Assembly (NCBI GenBank): GCA_963715195.1 | Contig: CAVQRT010000003.1 | Coordinates: forward strand, 160,001 to 224,000 | Reading direction: 5' to 3' | From: Thermodesulfovibrionales bacterium | GTDB lineage: Bacteria > Nitrospirota > Thermodesulfovibrionia > Thermodesulfovibrionales > SM23-35 | DNA length: 64,000 nt | Shown here: piece by piece, positions 48,259-58,534 of the stretch | Layout of the letters: each line of letters starts with the position of its first letter | How positions within the stretch are numbered: position 1 is the first letter of the stretch | Program-made: the position numbers and the translations under genes | Notes under the pieces: generated by a model | Told to the model about the DNA's origin: nothing | The model's input: only the letters and a program-made list of their open reading frames with translations | The model's database searches: none

Positions 48259-50460
48259 TCAAAAAGACGAAAATATTCTCTTAAATTCAATATTTTCAGC
48301 GGCCAATATATATGCAATACCGTGAAGGTCTTCAGTCTTACTGAAAATATTTTTCAGGTATAGACCGTATGACTCATCGGTCTCATCAACAGCGGGAGGG
48401 CGCAAGCCCATAAAAACAAAGTTTGCATCCTTTGAATGTTCCCGAATCGTGCTGAAAATTTCACTGCTGCCGTCAAAAACGATTTCGACATCGGCCCCTA
48501 TCCTGCCCTGTTCCACAAATGCACGGAGCCCCTTTTCGGTGTCATGACGGGAATCCTCCGAAAAAATAATGTGCTTCAGGGTAAGTCTTGAATCTTTCCA
48601 CAGAGGGCTTGTATGGAGGAGATATGCAAATGAGAGAAGAAGTCCCGCATTGTCGCCCTTTTGTCCCCACCATACATCAATTCTTCCTGACCGGCCATTT
48701 GGTTCCTGTATCTGGTTTTCCTTCATAATCACGACATTCCGTTTGTTCTCATGTATCATTTGAATGAGTTCCGCGAACTTGACAAGATTATCATCATCTG
48801 CCGTTTCTCCTATCAGAACGGTATTCGGTTCAATCGGTCCAAAACCATAACCTTTGATCAACTCCGAAATGCCGCTCATGACATCACCGGACGGGTACAC
48901 TTTGACCATGGCCGTTATTTTTCTCTCTTCAAGATAATTGCGGATTGTTTCTTCCATATTCTCTTTTCTCTCATTCGAGATATGCTTGTCGGATAGGACT
49001 GCGGCGACTGTCAATAACCCATACCCGTGAGAAAAGGCATTGGCTATTTCTATCAGGTACCAGCGTGCTGTAGGCGATCCGCTTAACACGAGGATGTTAG
49101 GCCTCCATGTCTCGATATTCGGCTTTTTTGAGGAGAGCCGATAGAGTCCAAATTGTATCAGGAGCATGAGGATGCCGTATTTCATATCTCCCCACCGTGT
49201 CTTTAGACGTCTGCGCTTTGTCAATGTGTATATCCCTATTGCAATAAAAATTGCAACAAATGTGGCACCAGGATTTATCATGAACATACAGGCAAAGCAT
49301 CCAAAGGCCCCGGCAAAGGAAAACCCCCAATGCAACCGGAATGTTGGACGCCACGACGGACTGTTAATGAGTCTCCCAAAACCTGCGGAGAGATTCAGCA
49401 AACCGTAGGTTGTAAGGAAAAACATGGAAAGGACGGAAGCAATGATATTCAGATCACCAGCGAGAATACCGGTTAGCGCAATCAAAAACGATATCATAAC
49501 TGCGATTCTGGGTTCCTGGTTTTTCCCGGATCCGTATCCAAGAAAACGAAAAACAATGCCATCCTTTGCCATTGCCTGCAGAGTGCGCGGCGCGCTTAAG
49601 AGGGATGCCAGCGCACTTGAAAGTGCGGCCCCCCAGAGTCCGGCAAGAATAAAAAAACCCCATCGTGCAACTTTAAACATGATGAGATAATCTATGAGAA
49701 AAATTCTATGATCGGTAATATATTTGACAAAAAAGATCGGGATGGCCATATAGATGGCATAGCTGCAGGCGACAGAAGCGAGCGTCCCCCATGGAATTGC
49801 TTTCTCAGGGTTCTTTAAATCTCCTGACATTGACAAACCGGAGAGGATTCCTGTGACGGCGGGAAAGAATATTGCAAATACTGTCCAGAATTTCGCCTTG
49901 TCAGGCACAATAATATCGGAAGAAATCGGCGGAATCCTCTCCCCGGACCCTGCAAAAAATGATATGAGTGATAATGCTATGAGGGCAAGGATGATGTATT
50001 GGGTTTTCAAGGCAATATCCGTTGATTTGAGGCTTATGATTGTCAGGACTGCGAGAGTTACAATCCCTATCAATTTTATATTGATGTCAGCGTAGGGTAT
50101 GATTTGAATTACTGATTCGGCGAAACCGATAGCATAAAACGATATCCCCAGGGTTTGTGCCATATATAAAGGCAGGCCAATTGAAGCACCAGCTTCGATG
50201 CCGAGGGCCCTCGAAATAATATAGTAGGCTCCTCCGGTTTTGACTTTCATATTGGTTGCCAATGTCGAAACAGACAACCCCGTCAAGAAGGTAAGCGCTG
50301 TTGAAATGGTGACTATGACAAGCGTGGGGACTAATCCTACGTTTCCAAGCACCCATCCAAAACGGAGATACATAATGACGCCAAGGATCGTGAGAATATT
50401 CGGGGTAAACACCCCTTTGAAAGTCCCAAATTGATAGCCCACTTTTTCAGCTTCAGGCAT
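48259..50460 (-). CDS. Cation-chloride cotransporter (SLC12/NKCC-like, APC superfamily)
   Basis: FGTFKGVFTP...LGVIMYLRFGWVLG, GGAYYIISRALG, FFPAVTGI...SGDLKNP, WRPTF, WRPNILVL, IDVWW cytosolic domain. Confidence 0.9.
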   Translation of the reverse strand: MPEAEKVGYQFGTFKGVFTPNILTILGVIMYLRFGWVLGNVGLVPTLVIVTISTALTFLTGLSVSTLATNMKVKTGGAYYIISRALGIEAGASIGLPLYMAQTLGISFYAIGFAESVIQIIPYADINIKLIGIVTLAVLTIISLKSTDIALKTQYIILALIALSLISFFAGSGERIPPISSDIIVPDKAKFWTVFAIFFPAVTGILSGLSMSGDLKNPEKAIPWGTLASVACSYAIYMAIPIFFVKYITDHRIFLIDYLIMFKVARWGFFILAGLWGAALSSALASLLSAPRTLQAMAKDGIVFRFLGYGSGKNQEPRIAVMISFLIALTGILAGDLNIIASVLSMFFLTTYGLLNLSAGFGRLINSPSWRPTFRLHWGFSFAGAFGCFACMFMINPGATFVAIFIAIGIYTLTKRRRLKTRWGDMKYGILMLLIQFGLYRLSSKKPNIETWRPNILVLSGSPTARWYLIEIANAFSHGYGLLTVAAVLSDKHISNERKENMEETIRNYLEERKITAMVKVYPSGDVMSGISELIKGYGFGPIEPNTVLIGETADDDNLVKFAELIQMIHENKRNVVIMKENQIQEPNGRSGRIDVWWGQKGDNAGLLLSFAYLLHTSPLWKDSRLTLKHIIFSEDSRHDTEKGLRAFVEQGRIGADVEIVFDGSSEIFSTIREHSKDANFVFMGLRPPAVDETDESYGLYLKNIFSKTEDLHGIAYILAAENIEFKRIFSSF

Positions 50461-50532
50461 TTTTTCTTCCCTTTTGATACGGCTGTTTCAGGATTGCTGT
50501 GATACTCTTCTCAACGCATAACTAATCTTTTG

Positions 50533-50561
50533 AGTATATGCGTTCATGAGGATAGTTGCAA
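50533..50561 (-). promoter_or_regulatory. Putative sigma-70 promoter for the cation-chloride cotransporter
   Basis: TTGCAA-17 bp-TATACT. Confidence 0.6.
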
Positions 50562-50622
50562 CCACTCTTGACGGGATGGAAGGATAGACGGTCTTAGACT
50601 GGATATGTCAAAATACGAACTG

Positions 50623-51252
50623 TCATCTTCCGGTAATCTTTCTTATTACTTTCAGGTAATTCTCAAGGTCACTTTGCGAAATATGTTTATCCGAATCCTG
50701 TTTATTCAACTCAAGCGCTTTCTGAAAAGCTTCCTCGGACTTTAATAATTTCCCCGTCATGGCCGACCAATAGCCGCACTGGAAGTAATTGTACTGCGCT
50801 GATTGAAGCACCTCGTCACCTGCAATGACCTGGATATCTGGGTCTTTGCAGGCAATAAGAGCCTCCAGTTCAGTATCGGTGGACTCCCGTAAATCAAATA
50901 TTTTCCATTGACCGGAAACTGTATCTTTATATGAAATCAAGAGATATTTCTTATTCTTTGGATTTCCTGTTTCGGTTATTTGAGTTATCTGTAGCAATTT
51001 CTGATACCCTTCAATATGAGGGTTATCAGTTGAAAACATCCTGTCAGCCGTTGTCGAGATCTCTGAACATAATGGATATTGCTTGTCAGTAAACCAGGCG
51101 TTCTTTGATATCATATCCTTACCTTCCGGCGTATAGCCGAGTTTGATTCCATCGAGAAAAGTATCGGCTGATTGTACAGCTGAGGAGTCGACTTGCCCAA
51201 AGCACCATGACGGGAAAAGAAACACGAATACTATGAAAGTCATTCTCTGCAT
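50623..51252 (-). CDS. Hypothetical exported protein, possible C-terminal TPR-like helix pair
   Basis: Signal-peptide-like N-terminus; YFQCGY...GKLLKSEEAFQKALELN. Confidence 0.65.
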   Translation of the reverse strand: MQRMTFIVFVFLFPSWCFGQVDSSAVQSADTFLDGIKLGYTPEGKDMISKNAWFTDKQYPLCSEISTTADRMFSTDNPHIEGYQKLLQITQITETGNPKNKKYLLISYKDTVSGQWKIFDLRESTDTELEALIACKDPDIQVIAGDEVLQSAQYNYFQCGYWSAMTGKLLKSEEAFQKALELNKQDSDKHISQSDLENYLKVIRKITGR

Positions 51253-51337
51253 CCTGGCCCCCTTGTTTGTTATGTCCCGTTTATTGCGGATTCTCTTCTG
51301 ACGCTGCCGGTATTGAGCAGCAAGTAACGCCTACGGA

Positions 51338-51877
51338 TCAACTAACCGTGGGCTGTTCATACGGCAAAGAGAAATGCGTTTGTAAGAAAAACCAACTTCC
51401 GCTGATGTTTCTTAGCACAGCCGTAAATCCGCTTGCGACGTTTACACGCTCACTACCTTTCATAGCGGTCAGGTATCTCTCTGCTGCAAGAGTTACAATA
51501 TCTCCCTCAATAAGGAGAGATAAGGTTTTACATTCAACTGATGTAATCTCACCGAATGCTGATAACTCTCTTTGGTATGCTTCCTGTATGGCTGCATATC
51601 CAATAAAATGCTGCCCCTTTCCGGCACCGAGCATTATGATGTCAGGATCATTGGAATACAATGCCATAATACCTTTTACATCCTTTTTCTGGTATAAGAC
51701 ATTATATGCCGTTATATGTGTCTGAATTTCCTTTTTGATCCGTGCATTCCTGGGTGCAGCCAGATTACCGGGGAATGCCATCAGCCCGGCAAGAAGCATG
51801 GCAATCACTGCAATTAGAATAACGATCTTTTTTTTCTTAGTACCGTAAAATTTTTCAGCTGCTATAAGGTCCCGCAT
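51338..51877 (-). CDS. NTF2/SnoaL-like domain protein with N-terminal anchor
   Basis: YQKKDVKGIMALYS, IGYAAIQ, FTAVLR...WFFLQTHFS. Confidence 0.8.
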   Translation of the reverse strand: MRDLIAAEKFYGTKKKKIVILIAVIAMLLAGLMAFPGNLAAPRNARIKKEIQTHITAYNVLYQKKDVKGIMALYSNDPDIIMLGAGKGQHFIGYAAIQEAYQRELSAFGEITSVECKTLSLLIEGDIVTLAAERYLTAMKGSERVNVASGFTAVLRNISGSWFFLQTHFSLPYEQPTVS

Positions 51878-51915
51878 GCATATCCTTTGTATATATAAGG
51901 CCTTTCACTATACGG

Positions 51916-52371
51916 TCAACGAATCCAGAGATAATTTTTGTGAATCCATCCAACAGAATTCCACTCATCCCTGACCTTCACCCATGCACCCTGTTTCTGG
52001 ATAATTCTGAAGGTATCATACCGACGTGCCGGTTCCGAAGAAACTTTTCTATATTTTGTTCCGGGTCCTTTCCGCACATTCACGATCTGCGATTTCACAA
52101 CAGCGCACTGGTATTTACCGGCCACCAGAGTTTTATATATCCAGCCGATATCTCCGTCTACATCACGCACTGCATACCAGTCACCCGAAAGGGATGTTCC
52201 AACTTTCTGAAGAGGCATGAACCGATATGCTTGCCATATTATCTCATATTCTTTTCCGGGACCGCTCCGAATATTCGCTTCAGCTGCCTTTATACATAAA
52301 GCGCAAGAATCGTGAACCAGGGAAACCACCAGGATACCGATAACATATACTGTTATGAACATACATTTCAT
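51916..52371 (-). CDS. Exported tandem bacterial SH3 domain protein
   Basis: ANIRSGPG...WYAVRDVDGDIGWI and VNVRKGPG...WVKVRD..GWI; start ATG 52371 with SD GGAGG. Confidence 0.88.
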   Translation of the reverse strand: MKCMFITVYVIGILVVSLVHDSCALCIKAAEANIRSGPGKEYEIIWQAYRFMPLQKVGTSLSGDWYAVRDVDGDIGWIYKTLVAGKYQCAVVKSQIVNVRKGPGTKYRKVSSEPARRYDTFRIIQKQGAWVKVRDEWNSVGWIHKNYLWIR

Positions 52372-52752
52372 GCTGCGCCTCCCTTCTTTGTTGTCTTTTC
52401 GATGCATATAGGCCACGGGACACCAATTGTTCGAGTGCGTCACCTGTGATGAAATTCAAGACCACCGCAGACACCCTTAAGCATCTGCGTTTCAGAGAGC
52501 ATGAGAAAAAGCGAAATTCCGTATTCCAGGAACTGATGACAACCTCATTTTTTGTGAAAGAAAATCTCTGTTATACTGATTGAAAAGGGAAGAAAGACAT
52601 CGGGGGAGGAGAAATATCAAACCCCCAGAATCTGATTGCCCGATAATAATACGTATTTGTTTCCATCTTTTTTTTTATCAAAGTCGTTCATTTTTGTCAA
52701 ATAGGCACACTGGCGAAGTGCATGTTTTTCACGGGAGGTCAGAGAAAAATTA

Positions 52753-53820
52753 TTATAACCTTTCTCCTGAATCTGCATCAAAAACGAGCATTTTCCCGAC
52801 AGGAATGTTCATAAAAGCCTTCCTGCCCGCTTTCAGGTGACTGGCCACTGCAGATTTTCCTTTTACCCTCGTGATGTGCCATTGCACATCGGACCAGTTA
52901 TATGAACCAGCCGGCTCAATGATCCTGACAGTAACCTCAACGGAATCTTCCGTCTTCTCATGCGAAACTGTAATGTCCTCTGGCCTCACCCCCGCGATCA
53001 CCCGATTGCCGGAAGGAAGGCGCCCTACCTGAGGAGAAAGAATCAATCCGTTTAACTCTATCCGAAATGGATCTGTTCCAGCCACAGTTCCATGTATAAA
53101 ATTCATTGGCGGTATTCCGATAAATCCTCCAACAAAAGTATTTTCCGGTTTTGTATACACCTGGTATGGCGACCCGGTCTGCTGAATTGCTCCTTCATAG
53201 ATGACAGCGATTCTGTCCGAAAGACTCATGGCCTCTTCCTGATCATGCGTCACGTAGACAGTTGTTATCCGCAGTTCCTGATGAAGTCTCTTCAGTTCGG
53301 CCCTCATATCGATTCTCAGCCTCGCATCGAGATTCGACAGGGGCTCGTCCATCAGAAAAACCTTCGGCTTTCTGATAATGGCCCTTCCCAGCGCTACCCT
53401 CTGCCTCTGTCCTCCGGATAATTCTTTCGGCTTTCTGCCGAGCAGGTCAGCAAGGCCAAGGAGTTGGGCAACGCGCTTGACATCACTGTCGATCGTCTGT
53501 CTTCTAACCCTTTTCATCCGGAGAGGGAACGCAATGTTTTCATATACCGTCATATGCGGATAGAGAGCATAGCTCTGAAAGACCATCGCTACGTCTCGTT
53601 CACGCGGCGTAAGCGTATTGACAAAGATATCGTCAAAATATATTTTCCCATCGGTTACATCTTCAAGGCCTGCTATCATATTGAGTAACGTTGATTTGCC
53701 GCAGCCGCTCGGACCAACAAACGTAAAAAACTCCCCGTCAGAAATTATAAGATCAAATTGCCTGAAGACCACGGAATTTCTAAAAGACTTCTCCACCCGC
53801 TCTAATCTTATTTCAGCCAT
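52753..53820 (-). CDS. Carbohydrate ABC transporter ATP-binding protein (MalK/SugC-like)
   Basis: GPSGCGKST, VFQSYALYPHM, LSGGQRQRVALGR, DEPLSNLD, YVTHDQ, TOBE tail. Confidence 0.95.
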   Translation of the reverse strand: MAEIRLERVEKSFRNSVVFRQFDLIISDGEFFTFVGPSGCGKSTLLNMIAGLEDVTDGKIYFDDIFVNTLTPRERDVAMVFQSYALYPHMTVYENIAFPLRMKRVRRQTIDSDVKRVAQLLGLADLLGRKPKELSGGQRQRVALGRAIIRKPKVFLMDEPLSNLDARLRIDMRAELKRLHQELRITTVYVTHDQEEAMSLSDRIAVIYEGAIQQTGSPYQVYTKPENTFVGGFIGIPPMNFIHGTVAGTDPFRIELNGLILSPQVGRLPSGNRVIAGVRPEDITVSHEKTEDSVEVTVRIIEPAGSYNWSDVQWHITRVKGKSAVASHLKAGRKAFMNIPVGKMLVFDADSGERL

Positions 53821-53823
53821 GCA

Positions 53824-54636
53824 TCATCCTTTTACAGCGCCTGAAGTAAGTCCCTCGGTAATCCTTCTCTGGAAAACAAATACGAGGATCACGAGCGGGA
53901 TCGTTACTATTATTGACGCCGCTGCAATATCGCCCCAGGGTATTTCATGAAGACCGGGGAATAATGCCACTGCTACCGGGATTGTCCGGGAGGCCGTGGT
54001 AGAAGTAAATGTCAAGGCAAAGAGAAATTCATTCCACGAGAATATAAACACAAGAATAGCTGTGGTAAGAAAAGCAGGCGCTGATAAGGGAAGTATTATT
54101 CGATAGAATGACTGGAAAGAGGTACACCCATCAATCCGTGACGAGAGATATATTTCATCGGGTATCTCTTTAAAGAAATTCGTGAGAATCCAGACCGACA
54201 GGGGTAAGGAAAATGTTGTGTACGTGATGATGAGCGCCCACCAGGTATCCCGGAGACCGAGGGCACGAATGATTATGAAAAGAGGACTTACCGTTGCTAT
54301 GGGCGGAAACATTGAGACCGAGAGGATAAAGCCGAGAATTAGTGACTTATACCTGATTTTTAGCTTTGCAAGTCCAAAAGCGCAGAGAGATCCGATCATA
54401 AGGGAAAAGAGAGTCGTTGAAGCTGCAACGATAGCGCTATTGAGGATAATTCGTAAAAACGGGTGCCCCTTGAAAATCGATATATAGTGAATCACGGTCG
54501 GGGAATCGGTAAGAAGCGGTGGAATCCTTGTCAGTTCAGAATCCGGCTTCAGACTCGTAATGAACTGCCAGATAAGCGGGCCTGCACAGTAAGTGCATAC
54601 CAAAAGCAACAACAGATAAAAACCGGCTCTCTTCAT
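53824..54636 (-). CDS. Carbohydrate ABC transporter permease (MalG/SugB-like)
   Basis: SLKP, MFPPIA, EAA-like loop IPDEIYLSSRIDGC, WNEFLFA, GLTSGAVKG. Confidence 0.93.
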   Translation of the reverse strand: MKRAGFYLLLLLVCTYCAGPLIWQFITSLKPDSELTRIPPLLTDSPTVIHYISIFKGHPFLRIILNSAIVAASTTLFSLMIGSLCAFGLAKLKIRYKSLILGFILSVSMFPPIATVSPLFIIIRALGLRDTWWALIITYTTFSLPLSVWILTNFFKEIPDEIYLSSRIDGCTSFQSFYRIILPLSAPAFLTTAILVFIFSWNEFLFALTFTSTTASRTIPVAVALFPGLHEIPWGDIAAASIIVTIPLVILVFVFQRRITEGLTSGAVKG

Positions 54637-55481
54637 GCTTTCTTATCCCTGCTTAGAAGGTTTACATAGACAATACTCATAACCCCCACACATAAAAAAA
54701 CAACAACTGAAAGTGTAGATCCGTACCCAAACTGGAGCGTTTGGAACAGCACCTTGTATGCATACACAGAAAGAGTTTCCGTTGTATTTGCAGGTCCTCC
54801 GCCGGTGAGCACATAAATCGCATCAAAGACCCTGAAAGCATCGAGTGTTCTGAAGAGAAGAACAATCAGGATGGCCGGCTTCAAAAGTGGCAACATAATC
54901 TTTCTGAAGATCTGCCAGTTCCCGGCGCCATCCACCCGCGCAGCCCGATAGACTTCCCCCGGGATGATCTGGAGCCCCGCAATGAGAAGGATTGCGACAA
55001 AAGGGGTTGTTTTCCACACATCCATAAGAATTGCTGCGTTGAGCGCCCAGAAAGGACTTCCGAGCCAGTTTATCTTGACGCCGAGCACATAATTCAAAAT
55101 GCCGAAATCTGTGTTATACATCCACTCCCACATCCGTGCAGAAACAACTGTTGGGATTGCCCAAGGGATAAGTATCACCGCTCTTGCAAGTCCTTTTCCT
55201 CGAAAAGTTCTGTTGAGGAGTATGGCGAAGCAAAGACCGAGCAATAGTTCCAGTGATACAGAAACGCCGGTGAAGTAGAGCGTGTTTTTCAGTGCGTTCC
55301 AGAACCTGTCATCTCTCAGGAGGAACTGATAATTCTCAAAGCCGATAAAGCGCGAGATGTGAAATATTAACAGTTTTCGGTGCGTGCTTAAATAGATAAC
55401 ATAGAGTATTGGGTATAAGGTGATAACTGACAGGAGCGCAAGCGCTGGAACAACAAACCTGTTTCCTCCTTCCCGTTTCAT
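54633..55481 (-). CDS. Carbohydrate ABC transporter permease (MalF/SugA-like)
   Basis: FIGFENY, LIPWAIPTVV, DVWKTTPF, AARVDGA, FRTLDAFRVFD, TGGGP. Confidence 0.93.
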   Translation of the reverse strand: MKREGGNRFVVPALALLSVITLYPILYVIYLSTHRKLLIFHISRFIGFENYQFLLRDDRFWNALKNTLYFTGVSVSLELLLGLCFAILLNRTFRGKGLARAVILIPWAIPTVVSARMWEWMYNTDFGILNYVLGVKINWLGSPFWALNAAILMDVWKTTPFVAILLIAGLQIIPGEVYRAARVDGAGNWQIFRKIMLPLLKPAILIVLLFRTLDAFRVFDAIYVLTGGGPANTTETLSVYAYKVLFQTLQFGYGSTLSVVVFLCVGVMSIVYVNLLSRDKKA

Positions 55482-56755
55482 CGTTCTCCTGACTTTAGTA
55501 TATGTTCGATCTGTTTTCGGGCTGAAATCAATGCCATCTCAGGAGTCTTGATACCGGCAAGTGCTGCGCTGAACTCTGGCTGCATCACCTGCGTTATCAT
55601 CATATAATAGGGAGAAACCGGTCTCGGTCTTGCATTCATAAACACATCATAAAGGCTCGCAATAAATGGCTGCTCTCTTAGCAGATCTTTATCTTTGTAA
55701 AGTGCTTTTCTCGTCGGTTTATATCCGATGCTGATGGCAAGTAATTTTTGGGCTTCGGCTGAGGTGAGGAAGCGAACCAGTTTTTCGGCTTCTTCCGGAT
55801 ACCGTGAAAACCTGTTTATCCCGAGCTGCCATCCGCCGAGAGTAGAAGCTGACACGCCCTCCTTGAACGAGGGAAGACGGGCCACCCCAACCTTTCCCCT
55901 GACCGGAGAACCCTGACGTTCGAAGATATTCCATGCATAAGGCCAGTTCCGCATAAAGAGAGCCTTCCCGTTCCCGAAAATGTGTCTCGTCGGTTCTTCT
56001 ATCGCGGTCGTTACCAGTGCCGGTGTCACCCTGTATTTCACGATCAGGTCCCGCATAAAACCGAGTGCCTCTTCGTTTTCTGAACTGTCGATAACCACTA
56101 TTGAATCATTCAGGACGTCTCCGCCGTTCCCCCAGAAATATTCGAGAACGTTACAGACCAGCCCTTCATATTGTTTGCCCTGCCAGATGAAGCCGTAAAT
56201 TCCCTGTTCCTTTGATGTTATGTACTGTGCTGTGGTAATGAGACTTTGCCATGTCTTAGGGGGCTCAAAGCCATATCTTCGGAGGAGATCCTTTCGATAG
56301 TATAGGATTCCTGCATCAATATACCAAGGGATAGCATATATCTCCCTTCGAAAAGTAACCGCATTCAAAGGGCCAGGGAAAAAATCATTTTTTTTGTTTC
56401 CCCGGAGCAGATGACTGAGATTCCGCAACCATCCGGCTCTTGCGAACTCCGGAACCCAGACGACATCCATGCTGAGGACATCAAAATCAGAACTTTTTCC
56501 TTCCAGGTTAATCACATAGAATTGATGCTGCTCGTCGGTGGAAGCAGGCAGTACTTCATCTTTCACAATAATGCCAGGATTTTCATCCTCAAATTTTCTG
56601 ATAAGGTGCTTAAATTGCTCCGGATCTCCGGCAATCTTTCCGTGTTTAAACACTAATACAGTTTCTTTACCTTTGCTATCACCTTTGCCTGAAGGGACAC
56701 AAGAGATACAGACCATACAGAAGAAAAAGAGAATATAAAGAGCATTGTTTTTCAT
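55478..56755 (-). CDS. Sugar ABC transporter substrate-binding lipoprotein (trehalose/maltose-type)
   Basis: Lipobox-like ISC, MDVVWVPEFA, LYYRKDLL, QGKQYEGLVC, FMRNWPYAW, TLGGWQLGIN, ARPRPVSPYY; specificity inferred from motifs and context. Confidence 0.88.
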   Translation of the reverse strand: MKNNALYILFFFCMVCISCVPSGKGDSKGKETVLVFKHGKIAGDPEQFKHLIRKFEDENPGIIVKDEVLPASTDEQHQFYVINLEGKSSDFDVLSMDVVWVPEFARAGWLRNLSHLLRGNKKNDFFPGPLNAVTFRREIYAIPWYIDAGILYYRKDLLRRYGFEPPKTWQSLITTAQYITSKEQGIYGFIWQGKQYEGLVCNVLEYFWGNGGDVLNDSIVVIDSSENEEALGFMRDLIVKYRVTPALVTTAIEEPTRHIFGNGKALFMRNWPYAWNIFERQGSPVRGKVGVARLPSFKEGVSASTLGGWQLGINRFSRYPEEAEKLVRFLTSAEAQKLLAISIGYKPTRKALYKDKDLLREQPFIASLYDVFMNARPRPVSPYYMMITQVMQPEFSAALAGIKTPEMALISARKQIEHILKSGER

Positions 56756-56760
56756 CAGAG

Positions 56761-58521
56761 TTAATGTTCTTTTGAACTAAGCGAAGCCTTATGGTAGGCT
56801 GCGATGATATTTTCACGGGTAATGAGACCTACTAAAAGGTTCGGGTTCTCCCGTTCAACAACCGGGATTCTTCCCACATTCTTTTCTCCCAATTTCTGCA
56901 GCGCTGTTTTTAAATTGTCACTTGGGTAGCAGGTGGAGATTTCTTTGGTTATGATCTCTTTGATAGGCATATCCATCTTCCCTTCGGACATAGCTTCGAA
57001 AATGTCCTTGGTCGTAACCATACCGACCAGATTGCCCTCTTGGTTCAGAACGGGAAATCCCCTGTGACGGTAGGAGGCATCCGATTGGATACTCATTTCA
57101 GCATCGTGTACTGTAACAGTTTCTTGAAACGTCACCACCTGCCTGACCATGGCATCAGAAACTGTTATCGAACTCATGATGTCAGATTTCCTCAATTCAT
57201 GGACATCAATTCCTCTCCTTGTTAGTTTTAATGTGTAGATTGATTCTTTCGAGAATTTTCTGACAACGACTGTAGAGATGATACAGGTAATCATAAGCGG
57301 TAAAATGATCAGATAATTCCCTGTCATTTCAAACAGAATGAGGATAGCTGATATCGGGGCATGGGAGGCACCAGAAAAAACTGCCCCCATTCCAACCAAA
57401 GCACACGCTCCGCTTGGGATAGCTATCGATGGCACTATCATTTGAGTTAATTTGCCATACGCCTCTCCAAGCATTGCACCGATAAACAGAGCCGGGGCAA
57501 AAACTCCACCAGAGCCCCCTGAACCAAGGGTTACCGAGGTTGCGAGAATTTTTATGAAAACAAGTGCGGTGACAAGGACAATTCCAACCTCCCCGTACAA
57601 GGCGAGTTCAATGGTGTCATATCCCACACCGAAAATCTGGGGGAAATACAAGCCTATCAGACCGACCCCGATCCCTCCAATTGCAGGTTTCAGGTATTCG
57701 GGGATCCTCCATGCATTGAAAATGTCTTCACTTTTATAAACAGACTTTATGTACAAAAGAGACACGGAAGCGGCGATAAATCCGAAAAGAAAGTAAAGGG
57801 GGATTTCCCAGATACTTTCCAGTGTGTAGGAAGGAACCATGAACGCAGGATAATCTCCCAGGAATGATCTTGATATGACCGTTGCGGTAACAGAGGACAG
57901 AACAACTGCAGAGAAAAACTTGAGACCATATTCACCAAGGATAACTTCAAGGGCAAAAAATATTCCGGCCAGTGGTGCATTAAATGTAGCAGCGATTCCT
58001 CCGGCAGCACCGCAGGCCACTAAAATTTTTATCTTTTCCTCTGAGAGCCGAAAGAACTGTCCCAGACTCGATCCCAGCGTGGAACCGATCTGAACGATGG
58101 GACCTTCCCTCCCCACCGATCCACCAGATCCAATGCAGATCGATGAAGCCAACGTTTTTATGAGGGCCACCCTCGGTCGTATTCTTCCTCCGGCGGAGGC
58201 GACTGCAAGCATCACTTCCGGCACACCGTGTCCCTTAGCTTCCCGGGCCAGGAAATAGACGAGTGGACCCACAATGAGGCCGCCTATTGCCGGAACGAGG
58301 ATCACATAATAGGACCCCATGAAATAAAGGATATCGCTGCTCTTTTCGAAGAAAAGAACCCTGAAACTATTGATGAGCCAGCGAAAAAAGATTGCACCAA
58401 AACCCGAACATACGCCGACGGCAATCGAAAAAAATAAGAGAAAAGATGTTTCAGAGTGCCTGATATAGAGGAGAACAGGCTGAGTCTTTTTTTGTATTTG
58501 GGATTTCCACCAGGCATTCAT
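56761..58521 (-). CDS. ClC chloride channel/antiporter with CBS pair
   Basis: GHGVPE, GREGP (gating Glu), FNAPLAG, GVFAP, FEMTG, SIYT, C-terminal CBS domains; start ATG 58521. Confidence 0.93.
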   Translation of the reverse strand: MNAWWKSQIQKKTQPVLLYIRHSETSFLLFFSIAVGVCSGFGAIFFRWLINSFRVLFFEKSSDILYFMGSYYVILVPAIGGLIVGPLVYFLAREAKGHGVPEVMLAVASAGGRIRPRVALIKTLASSICIGSGGSVGREGPIVQIGSTLGSSLGQFFRLSEEKIKILVACGAAGGIAATFNAPLAGIFFALEVILGEYGLKFFSAVVLSSVTATVISRSFLGDYPAFMVPSYTLESIWEIPLYFLFGFIAASVSLLYIKSVYKSEDIFNAWRIPEYLKPAIGGIGVGLIGLYFPQIFGVGYDTIELALYGEVGIVLVTALVFIKILATSVTLGSGGSGGVFAPALFIGAMLGEAYGKLTQMIVPSIAIPSGACALVGMGAVFSGASHAPISAILILFEMTGNYLIILPLMITCIISTVVVRKFSKESIYTLKLTRRGIDVHELRKSDIMSSITVSDAMVRQVVTFQETVTVHDAEMSIQSDASYRHRGFPVLNQEGNLVGMVTTKDIFEAMSEGKMDMPIKEIITKEISTCYPSDNLKTALQKLGEKNVGRIPVVERENPNLLVGLITRENIIAAYHKASLSSKEH

Positions 58522-58534
58522 TTGGTAGGCATTC

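Noticed and set aside
56761..58521. ClC as a fluoride exporter (CLC-F) linked to the riboswitch
   Set aside because: Has GHGVP/GREGP/GVFAP rather than CLC-F GNNLI/GREGT/GEVTP motifs and lies 27 kb from the riboswitch
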